A stretch of DNA of 58,678 bases from an uncultured Lentimicrobiaceae bacterium (GTDB lineage Bacteria; Bacteroidota; Bacteroidia; Bacteroidales; F082). The translations under genes were made by a program, and so were the position numbers. Below, in pieces: positions 27,877-38,637 of the stretch. The stretch is from positions 1 through 58,678 of the forward strand of contig CAZRAW010000001.1 of the NCBI GenBank assembly GCA_964598065.1, in the 5' to 3' direction. Position 1 is the stretch's first letter. Each line of letters opens with the position of its first letter. The notes below the pieces were generated by a model. The model had not been told where the DNA came from and ran no database searches. It saw only the letters and a program-made list of their open reading frames with translations.

Positions 27877-28353
27877 ATGAATGAAATTATTCAAAAACAA
27901 GATCAGGAGTTAAGGAGTGTTATATACAAGGTACCAGCGTTAATAACGTTGTTTGTAGCTTGCCAGGTTGCGGAAGGACATTTGGTGCCGACAGAAGAAA
28001 AAACGGCTAAAGTTTACCTTTCCATCCTGAGTAACCAGGCTGAAGAAGATTTGCAGGATTATTTCCAGGAGGTTAAAAAATCTTTTGATGAAGACATTAA
28101 GATTTTGGATAAGGAGCTTCCCAAAGATACTAAGAAAAGGAAAGAAAAAATCGAACAATTATTACAGCCGGTTAAAACATTCCTTTCTCAGCTCCCCTCT
28201 TCGTTAGGCGTTGTGTTTAAGGATGCTTTACTTGGCTTTGTGTTACACGCAAGAAATTTCAGGCAGGACACCCTGGAGAGTGTGATTCTACCCTTTATTT
28301 CCGATGATTTGCGCAAAATTGAAAACGAGCATTTGCGCAAAATTTTAGACTAA
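27877..28353 (+). CDS. Hypothetical all-helical cytoplasmic protein
   Basis: 158-aa ATG ORF filling the gap before the P-type ATPase on the same strand; -7 box at 27718-27725; no motif recognised. Confidence 0.75.
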   Translation: MNEIIQKQDQELRSVIYKVPALITLFVACQVAEGHLVPTEEKTAKVYLSILSNQAEEDLQDYFQEVKKSFDEDIKILDKELPKDTKKRKEKIEQLLQPVKTFLSQLPSSLGVVFKDALLGFVLHARNFRQDTLESVILPFISDDLRKIENEHLRKILD

Positions 28354-28400
28354 AGGAATGCTAATATAATAAAATCCGGTATTAATTAAAATTAAATGAC

Positions 28401-30923
28401 ATGGAACAGGTTACAATAAAGGTTGCAGAGAAAATGAGTAAGGACGAGTTATTCCAAAAGTTAGACACCTCTGCCAAAGGGTTGTCTGCGGAAGAAGCGA
28501 AAAAACGTCTCGGACAACTGGGTCCCAATGCATTGCCCGAAAAGCATAAAAGCATGTTGATCCGGTTTTTCAGTTATTTTTGGGGGCCTATCCCGTGGAT
28601 GATAGAAATTGCAGCAATTTTGTCTCTTGCGGTGAAACATCTGACCGATTTCTTTGTTATTTTCGCTCTGCTTTTGTTTAATGCCGGTATCGGTTTTTGG
28701 CAGGAGTTGAAAGCCAGTAATGCCCTTGATGCTCTGAAAGCGCAACTGGCCTTAAAGGCAAAGGTTCTTCGGGATGGGAAATGGGCAGAGATTGAAGCAA
28801 TGGAGATTGTTCCGGGCGATGTTGTTCGCATTAAAATAGGCGATATTGTCCCCGCCGACCTGAAATTAACAGAAGGCGATTATGTGAGCATAGATCAGGC
28901 CGCTTTGACAGGAGAGTCCCTTCCGGTTAATAAAAAACCGGATGATATTTGCTATTCCGGAACAATTGTGAAACAGGGACAAATGGTTGGCGTAGTTTCG
29001 GCAACCGGAGCAGACACTTATTTCGGAAAAACCGCCGGTCTTGTATCGAGTGCGGGAGCTACTTCTCATTTTCAAAAAGCCGTTATTCATATTGGCGATT
29101 ACCTGATTTTTCTTAGCCTCGGTCTGGTGTCCGTACTGTTTCTTGTTCAATTATTGAGGGGCGATAATGTTATCACACTTATTCAATTTGCTTTGATTTT
29201 AACAGTTGCCTCCATCCCTGTGGCTATGCCGGCTGTATTATCGGTAACCATGGCAGTTGGAGCATTGGTACTATCAAAGAAAAAAGTAATTGTTTCCAGA
29301 TTAGAAGCTATTGAAGAAGCCGCAGGCTTAGATATTTTATGTTCCGACAAAACGGGAACTCTTACGCAAAATAAACTAACGCTGGGTAGTTCGGTTTTGT
29401 TCAAAGCAAAGGATGACCAGGAGCTTATTCTGTATGCATCCCTTTCCTCGGAGACTGACACTAACGATGCTATTGATTTGACCGTAGTATCCGGGATGAA
29501 AGATAAAAAGTTATTATCCTCGTTTTCTCTTAAAAAATATATTCCGTTTGATCCGGTCCGAAAACGGACGGAGGCAATATTAACCGATGCCAACGGCAAA
29601 GAATTTAACACGACCAAAGGAGCTACTCAGGTTATCGTGAACTTGTGTAAAGTGAAAGGTAAAGATCTTGAAAAGGCTAATGAGGAGGTGGAAAAATTTG
29701 CAGCCAAAGGGTATAAAACACTCGGTGTAGCAAGAAAAGATGCCGGAGGCGACTGGCAATTTCTTGGCATATTAACACTTTTTGACCCTCCACGCGAGGA
29801 TTCTGCTGCCACCATTGCTCTGGCGAGAGAAAATGGTATTACTGTTAAAATGGTTACAGGTGACAACGTCGCCATAGCTCGTCAAATTTCCAGCCAACTT
29901 GGGTTAGGAACCAACATACAACATGTAGAAAGTATTTTTAAAGATGATTCGGATATTAAGCATCCCAGTCGAAAAATAGAACAACAAATTGAAGCTGCCG
30001 ATGGTTTTGCCGAAGTTTTTCCGGAACATAAATACGGAATTGTAAAAGCTCTTCAGGCAGGCAATCACATTACCGGGATGACTGGTGACGGGGTGAATGA
30101 TGCTCCTGCTCTGAAACAGGCTGATTTTGGTATCGCGGTGAGCGGGGCTACCGATGCAGCGAGAGCTGCTGCAGATTTAATTCTTACCATGCCGGGATTA
30201 TCGGTGATTATCAACGCCGTTTCGGAAGCGAGGAAAATCTTTGAAAGAATGAACAGCTATGCGATGTATCGTATTATCGAAACCATCCGTATCATGTTCT
30301 TTGTAGTTCTGGCCATGATATTTTTTAATTTTTATCCCATTACCGCTCTGTTGATTATTCTTCTTGCCTTTTTCAACGATGTGCCGATTATGACAATAGC
30401 TTATGACAATACTTTCTTAAATAAAAACCCGGTAAAATGGGACATGAAAAGAGTCTTGAGTATCTCTACCGTTTTAGGATTAATCGGGGTTATAGAAACG
30501 TTCGGGATTTTGATTATTGCCAAAGAATATCTGCATCTTAATCTGCTACAAATCCAGACCTTTATTTTTCTGAAACTTGCAGTAGCAGGGCATCTTACCT
30601 TATTTGTTACCAGAACAAAAGGGCCGTTTTATAAAAAACCGTTCCCGGCTCCATCCCTGTTGTGGTCAGCCGTTGCAACCAAAGTATTGGCCACTTTGTT
30701 TGTTGTTTATCCTCTCGGTATGATAACATCTATCAGCTGGGCTAATGTTGCACTAGTTTGGGGTTATTGTATTTTGTGGATTTTCATTGAGGATATGGCC
30801 AAAATAGCAATGTACAGACATCTGGAACATCGGGGAATTAAATCACATGACCGGTTCCTCGCAGTTATTAAGCAATCCACCCATAAACATCACCATTTGT
30901 ATGGTGGTCATTTTCAGGGATAA
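28401..30923 (+). CDS. Plasma-membrane proton-efflux P-type ATPase (type IIIA, PMA1/AHA-like)
   Basis: FWGPIPWMIE, TGES, ASIPVAMPAVLSVTMAVGA, CSDKTGTLT, DPPR, FPEHKY, TGDGVNDAPALK; TM6 NDVPIMTIAYD (proton-acceptor Asp) and TM5 ETIRI (Arg). Confidence 0.93.
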   Translation: MEQVTIKVAEKMSKDELFQKLDTSAKGLSAEEAKKRLGQLGPNALPEKHKSMLIRFFSYFWGPIPWMIEIAAILSLAVKHLTDFFVIFALLLFNAGIGFWQELKASNALDALKAQLALKAKVLRDGKWAEIEAMEIVPGDVVRIKIGDIVPADLKLTEGDYVSIDQAALTGESLPVNKKPDDICYSGTIVKQGQMVGVVSATGADTYFGKTAGLVSSAGATSHFQKAVIHIGDYLIFLSLGLVSVLFLVQLLRGDNVITLIQFALILTVASIPVAMPAVLSVTMAVGALVLSKKKVIVSRLEAIEEAAGLDILCSDKTGTLTQNKLTLGSSVLFKAKDDQELILYASLSSETDTNDAIDLTVVSGMKDKKLLSSFSLKKYIPFDPVRKRTEAILTDANGKEFNTTKGATQVIVNLCKVKGKDLEKANEEVEKFAAKGYKTLGVARKDAGGDWQFLGILTLFDPPREDSAATIALARENGITVKMVTGDNVAIARQISSQLGLGTNIQHVESIFKDDSDIKHPSRKIEQQIEAADGFAEVFPEHKYGIVKALQAGNHITGMTGDGVNDAPALKQADFGIAVSGATDAARAAADLILTMPGLSVIINAVSEARKIFERMNSYAMYRIIETIRIMFFVVLAMIFFNFYPITALLIILLAFFNDVPIMTIAYDNTFLNKNPVKWDMKRVLSISTVLGLIGVIETFGILIIAKEYLHLNLLQIQTFIFLKLAVAGHLTLFVTRTKGPFYKKPFPAPSLLWSAVATKVLATLFVVYPLGMITSISWANVALVWGYCILWIFIEDMAKIAMYRHLEHRGIKSHDRFLAVIKQSTHKHHHLYGGHFQG

Positions 30924-30926
30924 ACG

Positions 30927-30965
30927 AAAAAAGCGGTTACTTTTTATAAAGAACCGCTTTTTTTT
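30927..30965. terminator. Bidirectional terminator between the H+-ATPase and atpC
   Basis: AAAAAAGCGGTT...AACCGCTTTTTTTT. Confidence 0.85.
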
Positions 30966-30985
30966 AAGATATAATGTTGCAGAAA

Positions 30986-31219
30986 CTATTCGGCCAAAAT
31001 CAGCACTCTGTTATTAAGTACCTCAATTACACCTGCCTTTACTTCAAAAAAATCTTCCGATTTCCCTTTCTGAATTTTGATAATTCCTTCTTGCAATGCA
31101 GATATTAAAGGGGCATGGTTGTTTAAAATTTCAAAAGAGCCATCAATTCCCGGCAGCTGAACCAAATCAACTTCTCCTTTAAAAATGGTTTTATCGGGTG
31201 TGATAATTTCAAGGTTCAT
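30986..31219 (-). CDS. atpC: ATP synthase F1 subunit epsilon (short form, beta-sandwich only)
   Basis: LEIITPD...LPGIDGSFEILNNHAPLIS; follows atpD. Confidence 0.96.
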   Translation of the reverse strand: MNLEIITPDKTIFKGEVDLVQLPGIDGSFEILNNHAPLISALQEGIIKIQKGKSEDFFEVKAGVIEVLNNRVLILAE

Positions 31220-31273
31220 TTTCAGCTATGGTTTTTGTTGAGAAATAAGAGTATTTTTATCAAAAAGTTTAGT

Positions 31274-32806
<1,533 letters not shown>

Positions 32807-32887
32807 TTATTGGGGCAAAGATATAAATTAAATATGGTACTACTGCAAATTTTGTGGAAAACCGCTGTATCGTGTAATTATTATATT

Positions 32888-32936
32888 GACGGAAGTCGGA
32901 AGACGGAAGTCCGAAGTCGGAAGCCGGAAGACGGAA
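32888..32936 (+). repeat. Heptamer tandem repeat, 7 copies of G(A/T/C)C(G/C)GAA
   Basis: gacggaa gtcggaa gacggaa gtccgaa gtcggaa gccggaa gacggaa; degenerate inverted copies at 33022-33046. Confidence 0.85.
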
Positions 32937-33125
32937 AAAAACAGCATCCTGACAATAGTTTCATTAGTATGCAGTAACCGGTGTAAATGATAGGTTCATT
33001 AGCTGTTGAATTAATGAAAAGCTTCCGTCTCCGGTCTCCTGACTTCTCCCCATGATTTGCCTCTGATGCTGCAGAAGCAATTTATCCGCTAAAATGGTAG
33101 TAGAACCTTAAATATTATTAAAATT

Positions 33126-33740
33126 TTAGATGTGTAATTTTTTTCTGTGAAACAAAAAAAGCCAGAAAACGCCAATGGTAATAGAGGCATCGGAAACATC
33201 AAAGATAGGCCTGAAAAAAACCAAATGACCATCGGGGCCGAACAAAAATCCGGGAATCCAGGAAGGAGCACTCGACTGCGCGATATTTATCAGCGGAAAA
33301 TAGAGCATGTCCACAACTTTTCCGTGTAAAAAACCTGCATAACCATGTCCGAAAGGCACCAGAGTAGCCACCGAATGGAAAGTGCTTTGTGAGAATATGA
33401 GACCGTAAAAAGCACTATCAATAATATTTCCGAAAGCTCCGGCAAAAATAAGCGACATGCTAATGATCATTCCAGTACTGCTGTTTCGCCGGATAAGATA
33501 GTACAACAAAAATCCAATTCCGGTAATAGCGAGTATCCTGAAAACACTCAGCGCCAGTTTTCCCCAGCTACCGGCAAATTGCATACCAAAAGCCATCCCG
33601 TTATTTTCGGTAAAATACAGGTAAAACCAATGGTCAAAAACCGGAATATTTCCCCCCAACGGCAGAGTAAGTTTGATATAAAACTTTAATGTCTGGTCAA
33701 GCAACAAAACGAGAAGAATTACCAAAGCAGACTTTTTCAA
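33126..33740 (-). CDS. lspA: Lipoprotein signal peptidase (SPase II)
   Basis: DQTLK, ENNGMAFG, GAFGNIID, VVDM, IFDVSDASI; TTG start. Confidence 0.95.
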   Translation of the reverse strand: MKKSALVILLVLLLDQTLKFYIKLTLPLGGNIPVFDHWFYLYFTENNGMAFGMQFAGSWGKLALSVFRILAITGIGFLLYYLIRRNSSTGMIISMSLIFAGAFGNIIDSAFYGLIFSQSTFHSVATLVPFGHGYAGFLHGKVVDMLYFPLINIAQSSAPSWIPGFLFGPDGHLVFFRPIFDVSDASITIGVFWLFLFHRKKLHI

Positions 33741-33766
33741 AACACTGTTTTATGAGAAATCATCAG

Positions 33767-34177
33767 TTAATTATTGATGTTGTTTTTCCGTTGTCTCGTT
33801 TTGGCTTCAATACTCAGCGTGGCATGTGGGACTGCGCGCAAACGCTCCTTGGAAATCAGTTTTCCCGTTTCACGGCATATACCGTAGGTTCCGTTTTCAA
33901 TACGAACCAGGGCATTTTCCAGGTTATTGATAAAACGTTGCTGACGGGCAGCAAGCCGGCTGTTTTCTTCCTTCGACAATACTTGCTGTCCCTCTTCCAG
34001 TACTTTAAAAGTGGGAGAGGTATCGTTGGTATCTGCTCCGCTGTTGTTGGTGTATGCTTCGGTAAGTAATTTGAGGTCAGCACGTGCCTTTTTCAATTTT
34101 TGCATGATAATCTGCCTGAACTCCTCCAGCTCTTCGGTAGAATACCTTAATTTTTCTTCTGTTTTCTTCTCTTTCAT
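33767..34177 (-). CDS. TraR/DksA family transcriptional regulator
   Basis: Coiled coil with tip DTNDTS; ALVRIENGTYGICRETGKLISKERLRAVPHAT; ileS-dksA-lspA order. Confidence 0.92.
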   Translation of the reverse strand: MKEKKTEEKLRYSTEELEEFRQIIMQKLKKARADLKLLTEAYTNNSGADTNDTSPTFKVLEEGQQVLSKEENSRLAARQQRFINNLENALVRIENGTYGICRETGKLISKERLRAVPHATLSIEAKTRQRKNNINN

Positions 34178-34243
34178 GGCCTCATGTTTTAGTGTTAATA
34201 ATTAGTATTAACCGTTCAAAAAATACAAAATATTTTTCAATTT

Positions 34244-37200
34244 TTATTTCCTTTTCTCAATTTTTATTTTGGCAGAAGCCCCTTCGGTTAGGTCAATAAC
34301 CTCAAAACCATTGTTTAAAGGTGTTTCGACGAGCAACAGGTCGGCCAAAGTCTCGGTGCAAATATAGTCTTTAAACAATTGAAAAGCCTCAAATGTTGCC
34401 TCCGTTTTTACTATTTGTAATGAAATACGGTCGGTAACCTCCAGCCCCATCTCTTTTCGCATATTCTGAATGCGGTTTACCAGCTCGCGGGCCAGGCCCT
34501 CATTTTTTAATGTGCCGGTGATGGTAATGTCCAGCGCTACCGTCAGATTACCCATGCTGATTACACTCCATCCGGGAATGTCCCGTGTGGTTATCTCCAC
34601 ATCCTCTTTGGAAATTTCAACCGGCTGACCGTTCACGTCAAGTGTAAGTATCTCTTCATTTTCCAGCTTCCTGATTTCCTCCTGTCCCAGCGAATTGATA
34701 ATGCCGGCAAGTTGTTTCATTATTTTACCGTGTTTGGGCCCCAGCGTTTTAAAGTCGGGTTTAATTTTCTTCACCAGCACATCCGAATCTCCGGTGATGT
34801 ATTCGATCTGTTTGATGTTTGTCTCCGAAAGGATAAGGTCTTCCACGGCCTGAACCTGTTTCTGAAAACGGGCATCTAACACGGGTATTATCGCCTTGTT
34901 GAGTGGCTGCCGTACACGAATGTTTGTTTTTTTCCGCAGCGAGAGAATCATAGACGATATCTTTTGTGCCAGCTCCATGCGCTCTTCCAGTGATTTGTCA
35001 ATCTGTTTTTCATCCGCCACGGGAAAATCGGTGAGATGTACCGATTCGGCCTTTATTCTGCCACTGACATCATTCAAATCTTTAAATAAACGCTCTGCAT
35101 AAAACGGCGCAATAGGCGCAGCGAGTTGTGCCACCACTTCAAGGCAGCGGTAAAGCGTTTGGTAGGCCTGAATTTTATCCTCCGAATAGCTGCCTTTCCA
35201 GAATCTTCTTCTTGACAGACGCACATACCAGTTGCTGAGATGCTCATTCACAAAATACTGAATAGAGCGCCCGGCACGCGTCGGTTCATAATCGGCGTAA
35301 GCCTCATCCACGGTTTTAATGAGCGAATTCAGTTCGGAGAGTATCCATCGGTCAAGTTCCGAACAGTTTTCCACAGGAATCTCCTTTTCGCTGTAAGTAA
35401 AGCCATCAATATTGGCGTACAGGGCAAAAAAAGCGTAAGTATTGTACAATGTACCGAAAAACTTTCTTCTGATTTCATCAATGCCGGCAAGGTCAAAACG
35501 CAGGTTATCCCAGGGTTGTGAATTGGTAATCAAATACCAGCGCGTTGCATCGGCGCCGTATTTCTCAACGGTGGAAAACGGGTCTACGGTATTATTGAGA
35601 CGTTTCGACATTTTATTACCGTTTTTATCCAGCACCAGGCCGTTGGAAACCACCGTTTTGTAAGCTACCGAATCGAATAGTATGGAAGCAATGACGTGCA
35701 GTGTAAAGAACCATCCGCGGGTCTGGTCAACGCCTTCAGCAATGAAATCGGCGGGGAAGTTTTTAGCAAAAACTTCTTTGTTTTCGAAAGGATAGTGCAG
35801 CTGGGCATAAGGCATGGAGCCCGAGTCGAACCACACATCGATGAGCGAAGGTTCGCGGTACATTTTTTTGCCGCTGTCTGAAACCAAAACAATTTTATCC
35901 ACATAAGGACGATGGAAATCAAAAGTCCGGTAGTTTTCGTTACTCATGTTATCAGGATCGAAATCCTTCATCGGGTTTTCGTCCATAACGCCGGCAGCCA
36001 TAGCTTTTTCTACTTCGGTTTTCAGCTCGGCGGCAGAGCCGAGGCATTTTTGTTCGTTGCGATCTTCGGTAACCCAAATGGGCAACGGAACGCCCCAAAA
36101 GCGTGAACGCGACAGGTTCCAGTCCACCAGATTTTCTAACCAGTTACCAAAACGGCCTTCGCCGGTAGCTTTCGGTTTCCATTTAATGGTTTTGTTGAGC
36201 GCAATCATTCGGTCTTTCAGTTGTGTTGTTTTCACAAACCACGAGTCTAACGGATAATACAAAATAGGCTTGTCGGTACGCCAGCAATGGGGATAATTGT
36301 GGACATGTTTTTCAATCCGGAAAACCTTGTTATCTTTTTTCAAAGCAACAGCGAGATCAATATCGAGGCTGCCATCCTTGTCGTTAAGGCTTTCGTCATA
36401 AGCATTTTTCACATAACGACCGGCGTATTTTCCATACAAATCAACATTCACAAAATCTTTCACAAACTGCTCATCCAGCATCTCCACCGCATAAAAACGA
36501 CCTTTTAAATCGACCATGGGACGTTTTTCGCCATTTTTATCCAGCAAAATCAGCGGGGCAATACCGGTTTCTTTGGCTACACGGTCGTCATCGGCACCAA
36601 AAGTGGGGGCAATGTGGACGATTCCAGTACCCTCTTCGGTAGTAACAAAATCGCCGGTGATTACCTCAAAAGCTTTGCCCATGGGTTTTACCCAGGGAAA
36701 CAGCTGTTCATAGGAAATACCCGTAAGTTGTTCGCCCGGATAATTTGCCAGTACCCTGAAAGGAATGTGCTTATCTCCGGGTTTATAATCTTCAAATGCG
36801 AGGTCTTTATCTTTTGGATTGAAATAGGCATCTAACCGGTCTTCGGCCAGAATAACCACTTCGGGAATACCGGTGTAAGGATTGAAAGTTTTAACTTTCA
36901 GGTAGTTGATTTTTAGCCCTACAGCCAGCGCAGTATTGGAAGGCAACGTCCAGGGCGTTGTTGTCCAGGCAATGAAACAGACATCGCTACCGGTATCTTC
37001 AAACAAAAATTCCGATCGGACATTGCGGATTACCTTAAATTGTGCCACTGCTGTGGTATCCGTTACATCGCGGTAGCATCCGGGCTGATTCAGCTCGTGC
37101 GTACTCAGCCCTGTGCCGGCAGCCGGTGAGTAAGGCTGAATAGTGTAGCCTTTATACAAAAGCCCTTTTTTGTAAAGTTGTTTCAGCAGGTACCAGACCG

Positions 37201-37678
37201 ATTCGATATATTTGTTGTCAAAAGTGATATAAGGATGCTCCAAATCAACCCAATAGCCGATTTTTTCGGTCAGGTCGTCCCACATATCTTTGTATTTGAG
37301 CACCTCTTTGCGACAGGCATTGTTGTACTCCTCCACGCTGATTTTCTTTCCGATATCTTCCTTGGTAATTCCCAGCGTTGTCTCCACGCTGATCTCCACC
37401 GGAAGGCCATGGGTATCCCATCCGGCTTTGCGTTGAACGTATTTTCCTTTTTGCGTTTGATATCGACAGAACAGGTCTTTAATGGTACGTGCCATAACAT
37501 GATGAATACCGGGTTTGCCGTTGGCTGAAGGCGGTCCTTCGTAAAATACGAAAGGGGTATTTCCTTCACGGTTTTTCAGGCTCTTTTCAAAAATATGATG
37601 CGTTTTCCAGAATTCCCTGATATCATCACCCACCTGTGGCAGGTTCAACTGTTTGTATTCCTGATATTTCTTCCCCAT
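34244..37678 (-). CDS. ileS: Isoleucine--tRNA ligase (IleRS2 type)
   Basis: EGPPSANGKPGIHH, GWDTHGLP, WTTTPWTLP, GTGIVH, DWNLSRSRFWG, KMSKR; -7 box TAATTTTG at 37718-37725. Confidence 0.98.
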   Translation of the reverse strand: MGKKYQEYKQLNLPQVGDDIREFWKTHHIFEKSLKNREGNTPFVFYEGPPSANGKPGIHHVMARTIKDLFCRYQTQKGKYVQRKAGWDTHGLPVEISVETTLGITKEDIGKKISVEEYNNACRKEVLKYKDMWDDLTEKIGYWVDLEHPYITFDNKYIESVWYLLKQLYKKGLLYKGYTIQPYSPAAGTGLSTHELNQPGCYRDVTDTTAVAQFKVIRNVRSEFLFEDTGSDVCFIAWTTTPWTLPSNTALAVGLKINYLKVKTFNPYTGIPEVVILAEDRLDAYFNPKDKDLAFEDYKPGDKHIPFRVLANYPGEQLTGISYEQLFPWVKPMGKAFEVITGDFVTTEEGTGIVHIAPTFGADDDRVAKETGIAPLILLDKNGEKRPMVDLKGRFYAVEMLDEQFVKDFVNVDLYGKYAGRYVKNAYDESLNDKDGSLDIDLAVALKKDNKVFRIEKHVHNYPHCWRTDKPILYYPLDSWFVKTTQLKDRMIALNKTIKWKPKATGEGRFGNWLENLVDWNLSRSRFWGVPLPIWVTEDRNEQKCLGSAAELKTEVEKAMAAGVMDENPMKDFDPDNMSNENYRTFDFHRPYVDKIVLVSDSGKKMYREPSLIDVWFDSGSMPYAQLHYPFENKEVFAKNFPADFIAEGVDQTRGWFFTLHVIASILFDSVAYKTVVSNGLVLDKNGNKMSKRLNNTVDPFSTVEKYGADATRWYLITNSQPWDNLRFDLAGIDEIRRKFFGTLYNTYAFFALYANIDGFTYSEKEIPVENCSELDRWILSELNSLIKTVDEAYADYEPTRAGRSIQYFVNEHLSNWYVRLSRRRFWKGSYSEDKIQAYQTLYRCLEVVAQLAAPIAPFYAERLFKDLNDVSGRIKAESVHLTDFPVADEKQIDKSLEERMELAQKISSMILSLRKKTNIRVRQPLNKAIIPVLDARFQKQVQAVEDLILSETNIKQIEYITGDSDVLVKKIKPDFKTLGPKHGKIMKQLAGIINSLGQEEIRKLENEEILTLDVNGQPVEISKEDVEITTRDIPGWSVISMGNLTVALDITITGTLKNEGLARELVNRIQNMRKEMGLEVTDRISLQIVKTEATFEAFQLFKDYICTETLADLLLVETPLNNGFEVIDLTEGASAKIKIEKRK

Positions 37679-38024
37679 GAGGATAAGATTTTTTCTTATT
37701 CGTCAAAAAATTGGCTGCAAAATTAGAAAAATTCGGGCCATCTTATACATAAAATTTTGATTAGCATAAAAATAGTGAATAGTGAATGGACAAAATAGCG
37801 GAAAGTTACGGTGTGTTTCGGCAAAAACAAATGTGTCCGTATGACAAATACGGATGATGATATTTTTTTGCCCCATCGATTCCAGATTATTTCATTCATC
37901 ATTATTTGCTGAAATTCTCTGTTAAATATTCTTAAATCCAACACTTTATAACAAAATATGAGCAACAGAAATTTGTTTGTGGCGTTAATTTTGCAAGTGT
38001 ATTTTCAGACCAAAAATCTATGCT

Positions 38025-38522
38025 ATGAAAAGGATAAAAAGTATTATTTTGTCAGCTCTTTTTTTATTGGCAGGCATCGCCGCCCATGCTCAAATCATTC
38101 AGCCTGACAGCCGGAACAACAAGACTAACAAGCCGCAGGTACGGATAAAAGTCAAAAAAGTTTACGACAAAAACGGAAACATTATCCGGTACGATTCCAC
38201 CTATACATGGACCTACAACAGCCAAAACGGGGAAAACAACATAAATGTTGACAGTCTCATGCGTCATTTTCTGCCATTTTTTCGCGAAAATCTCCCCGGA
38301 TCAATGTCGCAAATATTTGGGAATCCCAATATCGACCTCAACGATTCGGCCATGATGATGAATTTCTTCAACAATGACCATTTCTTTGACCGGTGGCAGA
38401 AAAAAGTTTTTGATATGAACCGGGAGATGAAGGCGCTGGACTCGTTGCGTATGGAGTTTCTGAAAAAATATTTGCATGAATCGAAGCACAGGCAAAAACG
38501 CCCCAAAGCCGGAATTTATTGA
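38025..38522 (+). CDS. Hypothetical secreted protein
   Basis: Signal peptide ending AHA-Q; -7 box TAATTTTG at 37986-37993. Confidence 0.8.
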   Translation: MKRIKSIILSALFLLAGIAAHAQIIQPDSRNNKTNKPQVRIKVKKVYDKNGNIIRYDSTYTWTYNSQNGENNINVDSLMRHFLPFFRENLPGSMSQIFGNPNIDLNDSAMMMNFFNNDHFFDRWQKKVFDMNREMKALDSLRMEFLKKYLHESKHRQKRPKAGIY

Positions 38523-38637
38523 TTTCGCCGTCGTTATCCGGACGAAAACATCTGACTTCGGGCATTTCCCCTTTTCGCTTCTCCTGGCGTGGAGGTGTCC
38601 TCTTAATTTAATATTTTTGCTCCTTTAAAATAACATT

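Noticed and set aside
19249-30985. Integrative element or prophage as carrier of the inserted block
   Set aside because: No integrase, transposase, tRNA target or flanking direct repeats were seen.
30986-31219. atpC as a truncated pseudogene
   Set aside because: Short epsilon subunits lacking the C-terminal helices are normal in Bacteroidota; clean stop followed by a terminator.
32888-32936. CRISPR array
   Set aside because: 7-nt tandem units with no spacers and no cas genes.
37679-38024. T-box leader for ileS, and a short ATAGTGA repeat at about 37771-37790
   Set aside because: The promoter box lies only about 40 nt from the ATG, leaving no room for a T-box; the repeat has under three copies.
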